Shown here: piece by piece, positions 36,511-45,621 of the stretch
Numbering within the stretch: position 1 is the first letter of the stretch
How the letters are laid out: every line of letters starts with the position of its first letter
Assembly: GCA_964361705.1 (NCBI GenBank)
Contig: CAYIBP010000002.1
Coordinates: forward strand, 12,435 to 76,434
Source: an uncultured Candidatus Saccharibacteria bacterium
GTDB taxonomy: Bacteria; Patescibacteriota; Minisyncoccia; Phycocordibacterales; UBA9973
Length of the DNA: 64,000 nt
Reading direction: 5' to 3'
The notes under the pieces: model-generated
Told to the model about the DNA's origin: nothing
What the model saw: the letters and a program-made list of their open reading frames with translations, nothing else
Databases searched by the model: none
Translations under genes and position numbers: made by a program

Positions 36511-36771
36511 TTATTTTTTTGCTTCTCTTGCTCTCTTTAAATCTTCTTCCATCTTTTTTATTCTTTCATCTTCTTGCTGTTTTCTCCTTTTTTCTTCCTC
36601 TTCGGCTCTAGTAAGCTCTCTCTTAAAATCATCTAGTTTACGCTGATTATTTTGTATCTCCAATTCTTTGTCATGAACCTCTCGCTTCTTGTTTTCTAAA
36701 TCTCTCTTATTGATCTCAATTTCTTTCGTGTACCACTCTACCTCTCTTTTCAGTTGATTTATATCTGCCAT
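36511..36771 (-). CDS. Hypothetical coiled-coil protein (E/K/R-rich)
   Basis: 86-aa ORF. Confidence 0.35.
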   Translation of the reverse strand: MADINQLKREVEWYTKEIEINKRDLENKKREVHDKELEIQNNQRKLDDFKRELTRAEEEEKRRKQQEDERIKKMEEDLKRAREAKK

Positions 36772-36889
36772 ATATTTTATAAGTTAATTAATAACACCTA
36801 CATTATAAAACAATAAGTATGTTTTGCAAAATGATAACACGGTTGTCACCGCAAACTAAAAAAGCCCAGCAGTGGGCTTGTTTTAGTTG

Positions 36890-36964
36890 TGGTGACCCTA
36901 CTGGGAATCGCACCCAGATTACCAGCTTGAAAAGCTGATGTCCTAACTATTAGACGATAGGGCC
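36890..36964 (-). tRNA. tRNA-Glu (anticodon UUC), CCA encoded
   Basis: Reverse complement gives GGCCCTA...anticodon loop TTTTCAA...T-arm CTGGG TGCGATT CCCAG...TAGGGTC ACCA. A terminator-like hairpin (agccca-gcag-tgggct) lies 3' of it, at 36863-36878. Confidence 0.8.
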
Positions 36965-37163
36965 ATATTGAATCAAAAACATTATAAATCTATCATTTTT
37001 TTGAAAAAATGGCAAAAGATGATAGATTACAAGGCAAGGAGGCGTGGCTATGAAATATGAACTGCTTCATATTTCATCTGGTTCTGCTGAAAGCAGAAAT
37101 ACTCAATGCTTTATGCGAGAGTATAGGGATGTACGAAGCCACGCTATGAATTGCAATAAATAC

Positions 37164-37250
37164 GGAGGCGTGGCTGAGTGGTTGAAGGCACCGGTTTCGA
37201 AAACCGGCATTGGGGAAACCTAATCGTGAGTTCAAATCTCACCGCCTCCG
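37164..37250 (+). tRNA. tRNA-Ser (anticodon CGA), long variable arm, CCA not encoded
   Basis: Acceptor GGAGGCG/CGCCTCC, anticodon loop TTCGAAA, variable arm ATTGGGGAAACCTAAT, T-arm GTGAG TTCAAAT CTCAC. Confidence 0.8.
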
Positions 37251-37467
37251 CAGTTTGAAACGCAGTGAGAACTGCGGAGGCGAGCAAGCAAACTGCTTTG
37301 CTTGCTTGTGAGGTTTGAACGACGGAATGTCATTTTTTCAACAGAAAAAATGCATGAGTCGGTGGCTAGACCAAAAATTTCTGACGAGAAATTTTTGAGT
37401 CAAAGCCAAATCTTACCACCTCCGCAGAAAAACGAATTTTCAATTTTTAGAATACACCCCATAAATT

Positions 37468-38157
37468 TCATAATATTTCATACAACCCTCGCCTTTTCTT
37501 GTCAGATTGTTGCACATAAAAATACTTTGCCATATCTTTGAAACCGTATTTTTGGAGGCTGTTCATTATCTTTTCATAAACAGTATCATACACTTCCACA
37601 CCCAACCTCTTTTCTTTAAAAACACTTTTTATCATCCTAATTCCATCATCTTTAAACCAGAAAAACTGTCCTTCAAATTTATCTACACAATGTACAAATT
37701 GAGCTTCTTTTGTTTTTTGACCTTCTAACTCTTTATATAATTTCTTTATTTCTTTTTGTATGAAACGCGGTGATTTTTCGGCAACGGTATCTACCATTTG
37801 CATATCTTTGTCTCTATCTTTCTGAGTCTTTTGAGGATTTATGATTTCGCCATTTTCAATCTCGGGCATATCGTGCATCAAAATCATCCTGATCACCTTC
37901 TCAAAATCCATCTTGTGTTCTCTATCTTCCAAATCTCTGAAATAATGCGCCAGAAAAATAGTATTTGTCAGATGCTCTGCCACGGACTGCGTCTCAAACT
38001 TTTCAACCCTCTTTTTGCCAAACCTTATAACCCTGTTTAGATTGTAAACATACAAAAGCTTCTGTATTTCTTTCAGAATGTTTCCTCTTTCTTTAGAGCT
38101 TACCTTGATGGGCTGTGTCATAGATATAATACTAACGCTTAATTTGAGAAAAATCAA
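37468..38157 (-). CDS. HD-domain phosphohydrolase (YfbR-like 5'-deoxynucleotidase family)
   Basis: H...HD...D pattern (AEHL...MHDMPE). Confidence 0.65.
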   Translation of the reverse strand: MIFLKLSVSIISMTQPIKVSSKERGNILKEIQKLLYVYNLNRVIRFGKKRVEKFETQSVAEHLTNTIFLAHYFRDLEDREHKMDFEKVIRMILMHDMPEIENGEIINPQKTQKDRDKDMQMVDTVAEKSPRFIQKEIKKLYKELEGQKTKEAQFVHCVDKFEGQFFWFKDDGIRMIKSVFKEKRLGVEVYDTVYEKIMNSLQKYGFKDMAKYFYVQQSDKKRRGLYEIL

Positions 38158-38182
38158 AATATAGTATAATCTTCAATATAAC

Positions 38183-38803
38183 ATGTCACAAAAAGATAAG
38201 TCCGAAAAATTAAAATCAATTCATCAAAAATGGTTTGAGCAATGTGAATGTGAGCTAAGAAAAACTGCCACGCAGCCTGTACCGGGTGATGGCTCAGCGA
38301 ATGCGGAGATTGTTTTTATAGGCGAAGCGCCGGGCAAATCCGAAGATGAGCAAGGCGTGCCTTTTATTGGTCGCGCGGGTAAATTTTTATCTGAAATGCT
38401 CGCACTCATAAATCTAAAACGCGAAGACATATACATTACAAACATCGTAAAATACCGCCCGCCAAACAATCGCGATCCAAGCCCAGAAGAGAAATCCGCT
38501 TGTCGAGAATGGCTCCTCCAAGAAATCAAACTCATCTCGCCTCGCCTAATAATTTTTTTAGGCAGGCACGCGATGAATAATTTCTTCCCCGAACTTCAGA
38601 TATCAAAAGCTCACGGAAAAATGCTAGTGAAAAAGTTTACGGGAATGAATACAAAATATTTCTTCCCTCTTTATCATCCAGCCGCAGCGCTGTACGACGG
38701 CTCGATGCGAGAGGTTTTGATAGCCGATTTTAAAAAGATCCCAAAAGTATTAAAAGAGATTGAAAAAAAAGAAAAAACCCACAATATCAAGGTAGAACAT
38801 TGA
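38183..38803 (+). CDS. Uracil-DNA glycosylase, family 4
   Basis: GEAPG motif in IVFIGEAPGKSED, and HPAAALY. Confidence 0.8.
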   Translation: MSQKDKSEKLKSIHQKWFEQCECELRKTATQPVPGDGSANAEIVFIGEAPGKSEDEQGVPFIGRAGKFLSEMLALINLKREDIYITNIVKYRPPNNRDPSPEEKSACREWLLQEIKLISPRLIIFLGRHAMNNFFPELQISKAHGKMLVKKFTGMNTKYFFPLYHPAAALYDGSMREVLIADFKKIPKVLKEIEKKEKTHNIKVEH

Positions 38804-38877
38804 CATCCCACTTCAGCTTTATGATTTTTTAAAAAAATGTTAATATATTTCCAAGCCCTAAAACAGGGCTTATATTT

Positions 38878-39636
38878 ATGGAAAATAAAGCAAAAGTAAA
38901 AATAATAATACTAGCAGCCGGCAAAGGTACCAGGATGGAATCAGACTTGCCGAAAGTATTGGTATCCTTAAATGGTAAACCTATGATTCAACATCTCTTG
39001 GAGAGTATACGGCTTTCTGGTTTAGACCCACACCCTGTCGTAGTCGTAGGATACAAAAAAGAACTAGTTATAAAAGAACTGGGCAATAAATACATATATG
39101 TTGATCAAAAAGAAATGCTCGGTACAGGACACGCCGTACATATGACAGAAGAAATTTTAAGAGACAAAACAGATAATGTCATTGTACTTTACGGAGACAT
39201 ACCTTTTATAGATCATCAAACAATACAAAATATATTCGCCGAACATTTTTCTTCAAAGAGTAAGATGACTATGGGTACAGTAAAATTAAAAGATTTTAAA
39301 GATTGGCGTGCTTGTTTCGAGCATTATTCCAGAGTCATCAGAGACGAAAGTGGAAAAATTATTAGGACAGTAGAAAAAAAAGACGCAACAGAAGAAGAAT
39401 TGAAAATAACAGAAATAAACCCCTGCTTTTTTTGTTTTGATGCAAAATGGCTCTGGGAAGAAATAAAAAATATAAAAAACGAAAACTCTCAAAAAGAATT
39501 TTATCTACCCGATCTCATCGCTTTGGCAGTAAAAGAAAACTCACTAGAGTCTATAGAAATAGAACCTCACGAGGCTTTAGGAGCAAATACAAAAGAGGAA
39601 CTTCAAACACTTGAAAGAATGCGAGAGAAGATGTAA
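38878..39636 (+). CDS. Sugar-1-phosphate nucleotidyltransferase (GlmU N-terminal domain-like)
   Basis: LAAGKGTRM, YGDIPF and EFYLPDLI. Confidence 0.7.
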   Translation: MENKAKVKIIILAAGKGTRMESDLPKVLVSLNGKPMIQHLLESIRLSGLDPHPVVVVGYKKELVIKELGNKYIYVDQKEMLGTGHAVHMTEEILRDKTDNVIVLYGDIPFIDHQTIQNIFAEHFSSKSKMTMGTVKLKDFKDWRACFEHYSRVIRDESGKIIRTVEKKDATEEELKITEINPCFFCFDAKWLWEEIKNIKNENSQKEFYLPDLIALAVKENSLESIEIEPHEALGANTKEELQTLERMREKM

Positions 39637-39726
39637 TATCCAACTTGGATCAAAAAGGAGACATGTATGCAAAAAACACTTTTTTGCAATGATGTCTTGG
39701 ACGGAAATGTATAGGCCTCTGCAAAG

Positions 39727-40215
39727 ATGATGCAGAGGGCCTTAGAGTTTGGGAGGATTGCTGGAAAGCTAGGAGAGGCTCCAGTGGGGGCTGTCGCAGC
39801 AATCGGGGAAAATTTCCTGTGTGGAGCAGGAAATCAAATTAATCATTTTCCCCACGACCCATCGGCACATGCCGAAATGGTCGTAACAAGGGAGGTGGCA
39901 AAGATCTTAAGAACGAGATTTTTGCATGAAGTCACATTGTACACAATAGCACCACCGTGTGCGATGTGTCTAGGGATGATGATGTCTTCTTACGTCGGGA
40001 AGATTGTGTACGGCCCGACAATAGAAGATGCTTTCTCCATCCACCCCGGGTGGAGATCCTTCCGAATTTCCGTGCAAGAGATGTTGAAACTATGGCAGGG
40101 AGATAATATTCTTCCTATCATAGTAAACAATTTCATGCGCAAAGAGTGCATGGAATTGTTGAAATCTTTTCGGGTGCGAACAGATCCATCTTTGCCCCCC
40201 AAACACCTCGGCTGA
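39727..40215 (+). CDS. CDA-fold nucleotide/tRNA deaminase (TadA/dCMP deaminase-like). Locally GC-rich.
   Basis: Zinc-binding HAE and PCAMC motifs. Confidence 0.65.
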   Translation: MMQRALEFGRIAGKLGEAPVGAVAAIGENFLCGAGNQINHFPHDPSAHAEMVVTREVAKILRTRFLHEVTLYTIAPPCAMCLGMMMSSYVGKIVYGPTIEDAFSIHPGWRSFRISVQEMLKLWQGDNILPIIVNNFMRKECMELLKSFRVRTDPSLPPKHLG

Positions 40216-40360
40216 GTTTTTGTCCTCCAAAAACAAAGACTCAGCCATAATTACAAAAAAAAATGTTAAAATAAAATATTCGCGCGGTTAGCCATCCAAA
40301 CGACTTAATTCAAGTTAGAGTTTAATTGTTTATTCGTACCATAGATGATATCATACAGAT

Positions 40361-41053
40361 ATGATATCAAAGTGGTTTAGTTTAAAAAATAAATCCATTG
40401 CCTTAAGGAAAAAAGGTATTTCTATAAGAAGTATAGAAAAATATTTAAAAATACCCCGCTCTACCTTGAGCGGTTGGTTTAAAAATGTAAAACTAACAAA
40501 AACTCAAATGAAGGTTTTAGAAATAAAACATAAAAACGCTCTCATAAAAGGTAGAAAGAAAGCTATGCTATGGCACAATCAACAGAAATCAAAAAGAATC
40601 TTAAATGCGGAAAATGAAGCAAATAAAATTTTATCCAAATTGGATAACAATTCAAAAACAATAGAGCTCGGCTTGGCTATGTTATATCTGGGAGAAGGCT
40701 TTAAGAAATCGCCCAGAACGGGTATGGGTAACTCCGATCCCCTTTTACTTAGATTTTTTTTGAAAATATTAATCAATGTATATAAAGTAAAAAAGGAAAA
40801 AATCAGATTTGAATTACATATCAGAGCAGATCAAAATCCTGTTACAATAAAAAAATATTGGGCAAAAGAATTAAAAATATCTATAAATGATTTTCGTTCT
40901 GTATCTGTCGATAAGAGAACAATAGGAAAACCAACATACAAGGACTACAAGGGTGTATGTGTAATAGACTGCGGAAATATTGCTATACAAAGAAAATTAA
41001 TATATATTGGTAGGAAGTTTTGTGAAAGGTCAATAGAAACTCTGGGCGGTTAG
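40361..41053 (+). CDS. HTH + LAGLIDADG-like (homing-endonuclease-like) protein. Its last 10 nt overlap the tRNA-Val 5' end.
   Basis: N-terminal HTH (IRSIEKYLKIPRSTLSGWF). LAGLIDADG-like element LGLAMLYLGEGFK. Confidence 0.4.
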   Translation: MISKWFSLKNKSIALRKKGISIRSIEKYLKIPRSTLSGWFKNVKLTKTQMKVLEIKHKNALIKGRKKAMLWHNQQKSKRILNAENEANKILSKLDNNSKTIELGLAMLYLGEGFKKSPRTGMGNSDPLLLRFFLKILINVYKVKKEKIRFELHIRADQNPVTIKKYWAKELKISINDFRSVSVDKRTIGKPTYKDYKGVCVIDCGNIAIQRKLIYIGRKFCERSIETLGG

Positions 41054-41119
41054 CTCATTTGGCTAGAGCGCGTCGTTGACGTCGACGAGGCAACAAGTTC
41101 GAGTCTTGTACCGCCCACC
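41043..41119 (+). tRNA. tRNA-Val (anticodon GAC), CCA encoded
   Basis: Acceptor GGGCGGT/ACCGCCC, anticodon loop TTGACGT, T-arm ACAAG TTCGAGT CTTGT, ACCA. Followed by a T-run. Confidence 0.8.
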
Positions 41120-41186
41120 ATTTTTTTTATAATCCTGTATCGCGCACAAAAAATAAAATTCAAAAAAACCTGTATAAAATAAAATA

Positions 41187-41219
41187 AGCCGAGTCAACGC
41201 TACGCTGACTCGGCTTTTC
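41187..41219 (+). terminator. Intrinsic terminator (agccgagtca-acgctacgc-tgactcggct + TTTT) downstream of tRNA-Val
   Basis: Read directly from the sequence. Confidence 0.6.
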
Positions 41220-41317
41220 TATGATTCCAACTTGGCCAAAGCTGGACACCCATTGTAGCATATTATACGGATAAGTCAATATCTTAAATAAAGTATATTT
41301 TATGCTATCATTCCCCT

Positions 41318-43513
41318 ATGGACGAAAAGCTATTAAAACCTTATGACCCAAAGGAAACCGAGGCAAAGATACTGAAGAGATGGGACGAAAGCGGATATTT
41401 CAATCCTGATGTTTGTATAGATAAAGGAATTGCAAAAGCCGACGCTCCTCACTTTTCTATCGTACTCCCTCCTCCAAATGTTACAGGCAGTCTGCACACA
41501 GGCCACGCGCTGATGCTCATTATTGAAGATATAGTCGTGCGTTACAAAAGAATGCAAGGCTTTCGTACACTCTGGCTCCCTGGGACAGACCATGCGGCTA
41601 TCGCCACTCAATCAAAGGTAGAAAAAATAATAGAAAAAGAAGGTTTACGCAGGGGCGAGATGGGCCGCGAAGCATTTTTAGCCCGGGTAGAAAAGTACGC
41701 TTCAGAATCACATGACACCATTGTAAACCAAGCCAAAAAGATGGGCGCGTCTATGGACTGGTCGCGTGAGGCTTTTACTCTGGACGAAAAGAGAAACACC
41801 GCTGTCAGAACTGCTTTTAAAAAAATGTACAGTGATGGTTTGATATACAGAGGTAACCGCATAGTAAACTGGGACCCAAAAGGACAAACAGTGATTTCAG
41901 ATGATGAATTAATCTACGAAGAAAGAAAAGCCAATTTTTACACTTTCAAATACGGTCCTTTTGAGATAGGTACAGCAAGACCCGAGACAAAATTCGGCGA
42001 CAAATATGTGGTGATGCATCCAGACGATACGCGTTATCAGAAATGGAAACATGGCGACAAACTCACAGTAGAATGGATAAACGGCCAGATAGAAGCCACT
42101 GTGATCAAAGACGAGATGATAGACATGGAGTTCGGCACAGGAGTCATGACCATCACCCCTTGGCACTCTCATGAAGACTTTGCATTGGCGGAAAAATATA
42201 AAATCGACAAAGAACAGATCATAGACAAATATGGCAAGCTCCTCCCTATCGCTGGAGAATTTGCTGGAATGAAGATAGTTGATGCACGTGAAAAGATTGT
42301 TGAAAAATTAAAAGCTAAAGGGTTGCTCGTTTCAGCAGACGAAAATTATGTTCACAGAGTAGCCACAGCAGAGCGAACAGGATGTGTGATAGAACCACAA
42401 ATAATGCTCCAGTGGTTTATAGATGTGAATAAAAAAATAAAAGAACGAGGCAACAAATCCCTCAAAGAGTTAATGCTCGAACCGATAAAGAACAAAGAGA
42501 TAAGCATACTCCCCGACCGATTTGAAAAGGTTTATTACAACTGGGTAGAGAATCTGCGTGACTGGTGCATCTCCCGCCAAATCTGGTACGGACACAGGAT
42601 ACCTGTATGGTATCGTTCGACTCCCCTCACGACAAGCAAAGAAGAAATATTTTGCGATACAGAAGCACCGACAGAACCAGGTTGGGTTCAAGATGAAGAC
42701 ACCCTAGATACTTGGTTCTCTTCTGGACTTTGGACTTTCTCTACTCTAGGCTGGCCCGAACAAACAGCAGATTTGAAAAATTATCATCCTACGAGCTTAA
42801 TAGAAACAGGTCACGATATTATATTCTTTTGGGTAGCCAGAATGATCTTGATGTCGCAATACCTCCTAGGCGAGGTACCCTTCAAAGATATTTATTTCCA
42901 TGGCATAGTGCGCGCAGCAGACGGCAAGAAAATGTCTAAATCTTTGGGTGATAAAGCTATTGATCCCCTCACCATAATAGACAATTATGGCAACGATGCC
43001 CTGCGTATGGCTATGATCGTGGGCAATACCCCTGGTAACGATTTGAAACTAAATGAAAATGACATAAAAGGTTACAAGAAATTTGCAAACAAAATATGGA
43101 ACGCTTCTCGTTTTGTACTTGAAAACACACAAGACTTAAATAAAGAAAAAATTTCTCTTGAAGTTTTAGACGAAGAAGACAAAAAAAGTCACGAGGAGTT
43201 GAACACTTTGCTGACTGAAGTTACAAAAGAAATGAACGAATACAGATTTTCTATCGTCGCTGAAAAACTATACCATTATTTCTGGCACACTTTTGCTGAT
43301 ATTTTGATAGAAAAATCAAAAAAGAAAATCTCTGAAGGAAAAAATTCAGATTCTGCAAAAGCCTTACTCTACACACACTTGGACACTCTCCTTCGCGCAA
43401 TGCATCCCTTTATACCTTTTGTTACTGAAGAAATCTGGTCCTTAATGAAAAAAAGAAACAAAGATGATTTAATAATGATAGCCAAGTGGCCCTTATCAAA
43501 AAATGACCAGTGA
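41318..43513 (+). CDS. valS: Valine--tRNA ligase (short form without a C-terminal coiled-coil)
   Basis: HIGH region PPPNVTGSLHTGHAL, KMSKS and the CP1 editing domain. Confidence 0.9.
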   Translation: MDEKLLKPYDPKETEAKILKRWDESGYFNPDVCIDKGIAKADAPHFSIVLPPPNVTGSLHTGHALMLIIEDIVVRYKRMQGFRTLWLPGTDHAAIATQSKVEKIIEKEGLRRGEMGREAFLARVEKYASESHDTIVNQAKKMGASMDWSREAFTLDEKRNTAVRTAFKKMYSDGLIYRGNRIVNWDPKGQTVISDDELIYEERKANFYTFKYGPFEIGTARPETKFGDKYVVMHPDDTRYQKWKHGDKLTVEWINGQIEATVIKDEMIDMEFGTGVMTITPWHSHEDFALAEKYKIDKEQIIDKYGKLLPIAGEFAGMKIVDAREKIVEKLKAKGLLVSADENYVHRVATAERTGCVIEPQIMLQWFIDVNKKIKERGNKSLKELMLEPIKNKEISILPDRFEKVYYNWVENLRDWCISRQIWYGHRIPVWYRSTPLTTSKEEIFCDTEAPTEPGWVQDEDTLDTWFSSGLWTFSTLGWPEQTADLKNYHPTSLIETGHDIIFFWVARMILMSQYLLGEVPFKDIYFHGIVRAADGKKMSKSLGDKAIDPLTIIDNYGNDALRMAMIVGNTPGNDLKLNENDIKGYKKFANKIWNASRFVLENTQDLNKEKISLEVLDEEDKKSHEELNTLLTEVTKEMNEYRFSIVAEKLYHYFWHTFADILIEKSKKKISEGKNSDSAKALLYTHLDTLLRAMHPFIPFVTEEIWSLMKKRNKDDLIMIAKWPLSKNDQ

Positions 43514-44192
43514 TCCAAAAATACTAGTACTAGCGCTCCTAGGTGGCATTATACCAGCCCTGTTGTGGCTTGCGTTTTGGCTTAGAGAAGACAATAAGCG
43601 CCCAGAGCCTAAAGGTCTGCTTGCCGTCGTCTTCTTCTTTGGAATGCTTTCTATCGCGGTAGTTATACCTCTGCAACAATTCATAAGAGACAATATCGCA
43701 TCTTATGATTGGCAAATAGTAAGCTGGGCCGCCGCAGAAGAACTTGTAAAATACTTGGCTGTTATAATACTTTTAATAAACAACAGAAACATAGATGAAC
43801 CGCTGGATTGGCCAATATACCTCATCACAGCAGCTCTGGGATTCGCTGCCATAGAAAATTCTCTGTACTTGCTCAAACCTCTCATGTTAGGACAGAACAC
43901 TGTCGGACTTTTTACTGGACAGATCAGATTTTTAGGAGCAACACTTTTACATGCCGTATCAAGCGGTATCTTAGGTATAAGTCTGGGTCTTGCCTTCTTT
44001 ATGAATGGATTTACAAAGAAAATGTATCTAATAGTCGGACTTGCTCTGGCTACTATCTTGCATAGTATATTTAATTTCTTTATAATAGAGAACAACGGAA
44101 GTAATCCTCTGAAAGCTCTGGGTTTTCTATGGGTGGTGACAGTGATAGTAATGCTACTTTTTGAAAAATTACGAAGAATGAGTATTAAATAA
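43503..44192 (+). CDS. PrsW-family intramembrane metalloprotease
   Basis: EELVKY (EExxK), GFAAIEN and HSIFNF motifs across multiple TM helices. Confidence 0.65.
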   Translation: MTSDPKILVLALLGGIIPALLWLAFWLREDNKRPEPKGLLAVVFFFGMLSIAVVIPLQQFIRDNIASYDWQIVSWAAAEELVKYLAVIILLINNRNIDEPLDWPIYLITAALGFAAIENSLYLLKPLMLGQNTVGLFTGQIRFLGATLLHAVSSGILGISLGLAFFMNGFTKKMYLIVGLALATILHSIFNFFIIENNGSNPLKALGFLWVVTVIVMLLFEKLRRMSIK

Positions 44193-44216
44193 TTTATTAA
44201 GTTTCCATATAAAATT

Positions 44217-44687
44217 ATGCACAATAAAAAAAGAAGTTTTTTCCAAAGATTAATGGGCGGATTTAATCCAGAAGATGAAGACACTACAGAGAGCGATGCG
44301 TCACCATCAAAAAAAGACAAGAAAGACACACATAACTGGATGGAAGAAGAAAACGAAGAGCTTGAGCTGACCGTAGATGTGTATCAGACCCCCACTGAAA
44401 TAGTCTTGCAAACGATGGTAGCAGGAGTAAAGCCCGACAACCTAGACCTTACAATAGCTCGTGATATGATCACTATCAAAGGCAAGCGCGAAGAAAACAG
44501 GAATATAGATGACGAAAACTATTTCGTCAAAGAACTCTACTGGGGTAAATTCTCACGTGTAATACTCCTCCCTCAAGAAGTAGAACCCGAAGAAGTAGAT
44601 GCCACCGAAAAGCACGGACTACTCACTATCAGACTCAGAAAAGTAGATAAAGAAAAAAGAAATAGTGTAAAAGTTAAATCTCTATAA
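44217..44687 (+). CDS. Hsp20/alpha-crystallin small heat-shock protein
   Basis: ACD domain with GLLTIRL near the C-terminus. Confidence 0.85.
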   Translation: MHNKKRSFFQRLMGGFNPEDEDTTESDASPSKKDKKDTHNWMEEENEELELTVDVYQTPTEIVLQTMVAGVKPDNLDLTIARDMITIKGKREENRNIDDENYFVKELYWGKFSRVILLPQEVEPEEVDATEKHGLLTIRLRKVDKEKRNSVKVKSL

Positions 44688-44700
44688 AGTTAAATCTTTG

Positions 44701-44773
44701 TGCCGAGGACCAGAATTGAACTGGTGACCTATCCCTCTTCAGGGGAGCGCTCTACCAACTGAGCTACCTCGGC
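44701..44773 (-). tRNA. tRNA-Phe (anticodon GAA)
   Basis: Reverse complement gives GCCGAGGTAGCTCAGTTGGTAGAGC...loop CTGAAGA...T-arm ACCAG TTCAATT CTGGT...CCTCGGCA. Confidence 0.75.
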
Positions 44774-44783
44774 TTTTTGGTTT

Positions 44784-45050
44784 TTAAAACTTCTTCAATA
44801 AATCCTGAATACTGCTGCTGTTCATTTTCTTCTCTATACCCGTTATAGAGCTATAAATGTCTATCATTTTGTTTAAATATGGCTCTATGTAATAAAACGA
44901 ACCCAAAGCTATGCCTACCACTATTATGATCTTTAAAGTACTCCAGATGGCTTCCCTTTTTTGAACGCCACGCACCTTTTTAAGCATCTTGTTATTTTCT
45001 TCAGTAAGAGCAAAGGTCTCTTTTAATAACTTTTTATCATCTGAATCCAT
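44784..45050 (-). CDS. Hypothetical small membrane protein
   Basis: 88 aa with one TM helix. Confidence 0.3.
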   Translation of the reverse strand: MDSDDKKLLKETFALTEENNKMLKKVRGVQKREAIWSTLKIIIVVGIALGSFYYIEPYLNKMIDIYSSITGIEKKMNSSSIQDLLKKF

Positions 45051-45137
45051 GGAAATATGTTAGCACAATTCTATAAAAAATCCAATTGTTAAAATTGGAT
45101 TTTTTGTGCTAAATTATATAGTGTTTACTAGACAGAT

Positions 45138-45209
45138 GTCCTCGTAGTTAAATGGATATAACAACTCCGTCCTAAGGAGTAGTTGCCGGTTCGATTCCTG
45201 CCGAGGACA
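45138..45209 (+). tRNA. tRNA-Arg (anticodon CCU), with one T-stem mismatch
   Basis: Acceptor GTCCTCG/CGAGGAC, anticodon loop GTCCTAA and T-loop TTCGATT. Confidence 0.6.
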
Positions 45210-45217
45210 CACCCATT

Positions 45218-45457
45218 TTATGCTTCTAATCCGAGCAATTCTGCGATTTTTGGCTTGTTGAAGCCTACAACCATATCATCACCTATTATTATCACAGGTA
45301 CCCCCATTTGACCGCTTTTATCTATCAACTCTTTTCTTCTTTCGGTATCATTAGCCACATTGTATTCCGTATATACAACACCATTTTCTTTAAAATAATC
45401 TTTCGCCATATGACAGAAATGGCAGGAAGGGGTTGAATAAATCGTTACGTGTTTCAT
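45218..45457 (-). CDS. Glutaredoxin/NrdH-like redoxin
   Basis: CHFC active site in a thioredoxin fold. 79 aa. Confidence 0.8.
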   Translation of the reverse strand: MKHVTIYSTPSCHFCHMAKDYFKENGVVYTEYNVANDTERRKELIDKSGQMGVPVIIIGDDMVVGFNKPKIAELLGLEA

Positions 45458-45541
45458 TTTTTAAATAATTTTAATACTAATACTTGTATCTTATCATGCT
45501 TGTTCAAAATCAACAAAGATAGTAATATCTTATTGGTAAAA

Positions 45542-45612
45542 GCGGGATTAGTTTAGTGGTAGAATGAGTCCTTCCCAAGGATTAGACGGGGTTTCGATTA
45601 CCCCATCCCGCA
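45542..45612 (+). tRNA. tRNA-Gly (anticodon CCC)
   Basis: Acceptor GCGGGAT/ATCCCGC, anticodon loop TTCCCAA, T-arm GGGGT TTCGATT ACCCC. Confidence 0.75.
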
Positions 45613-45621
45613 CAGATAGAA

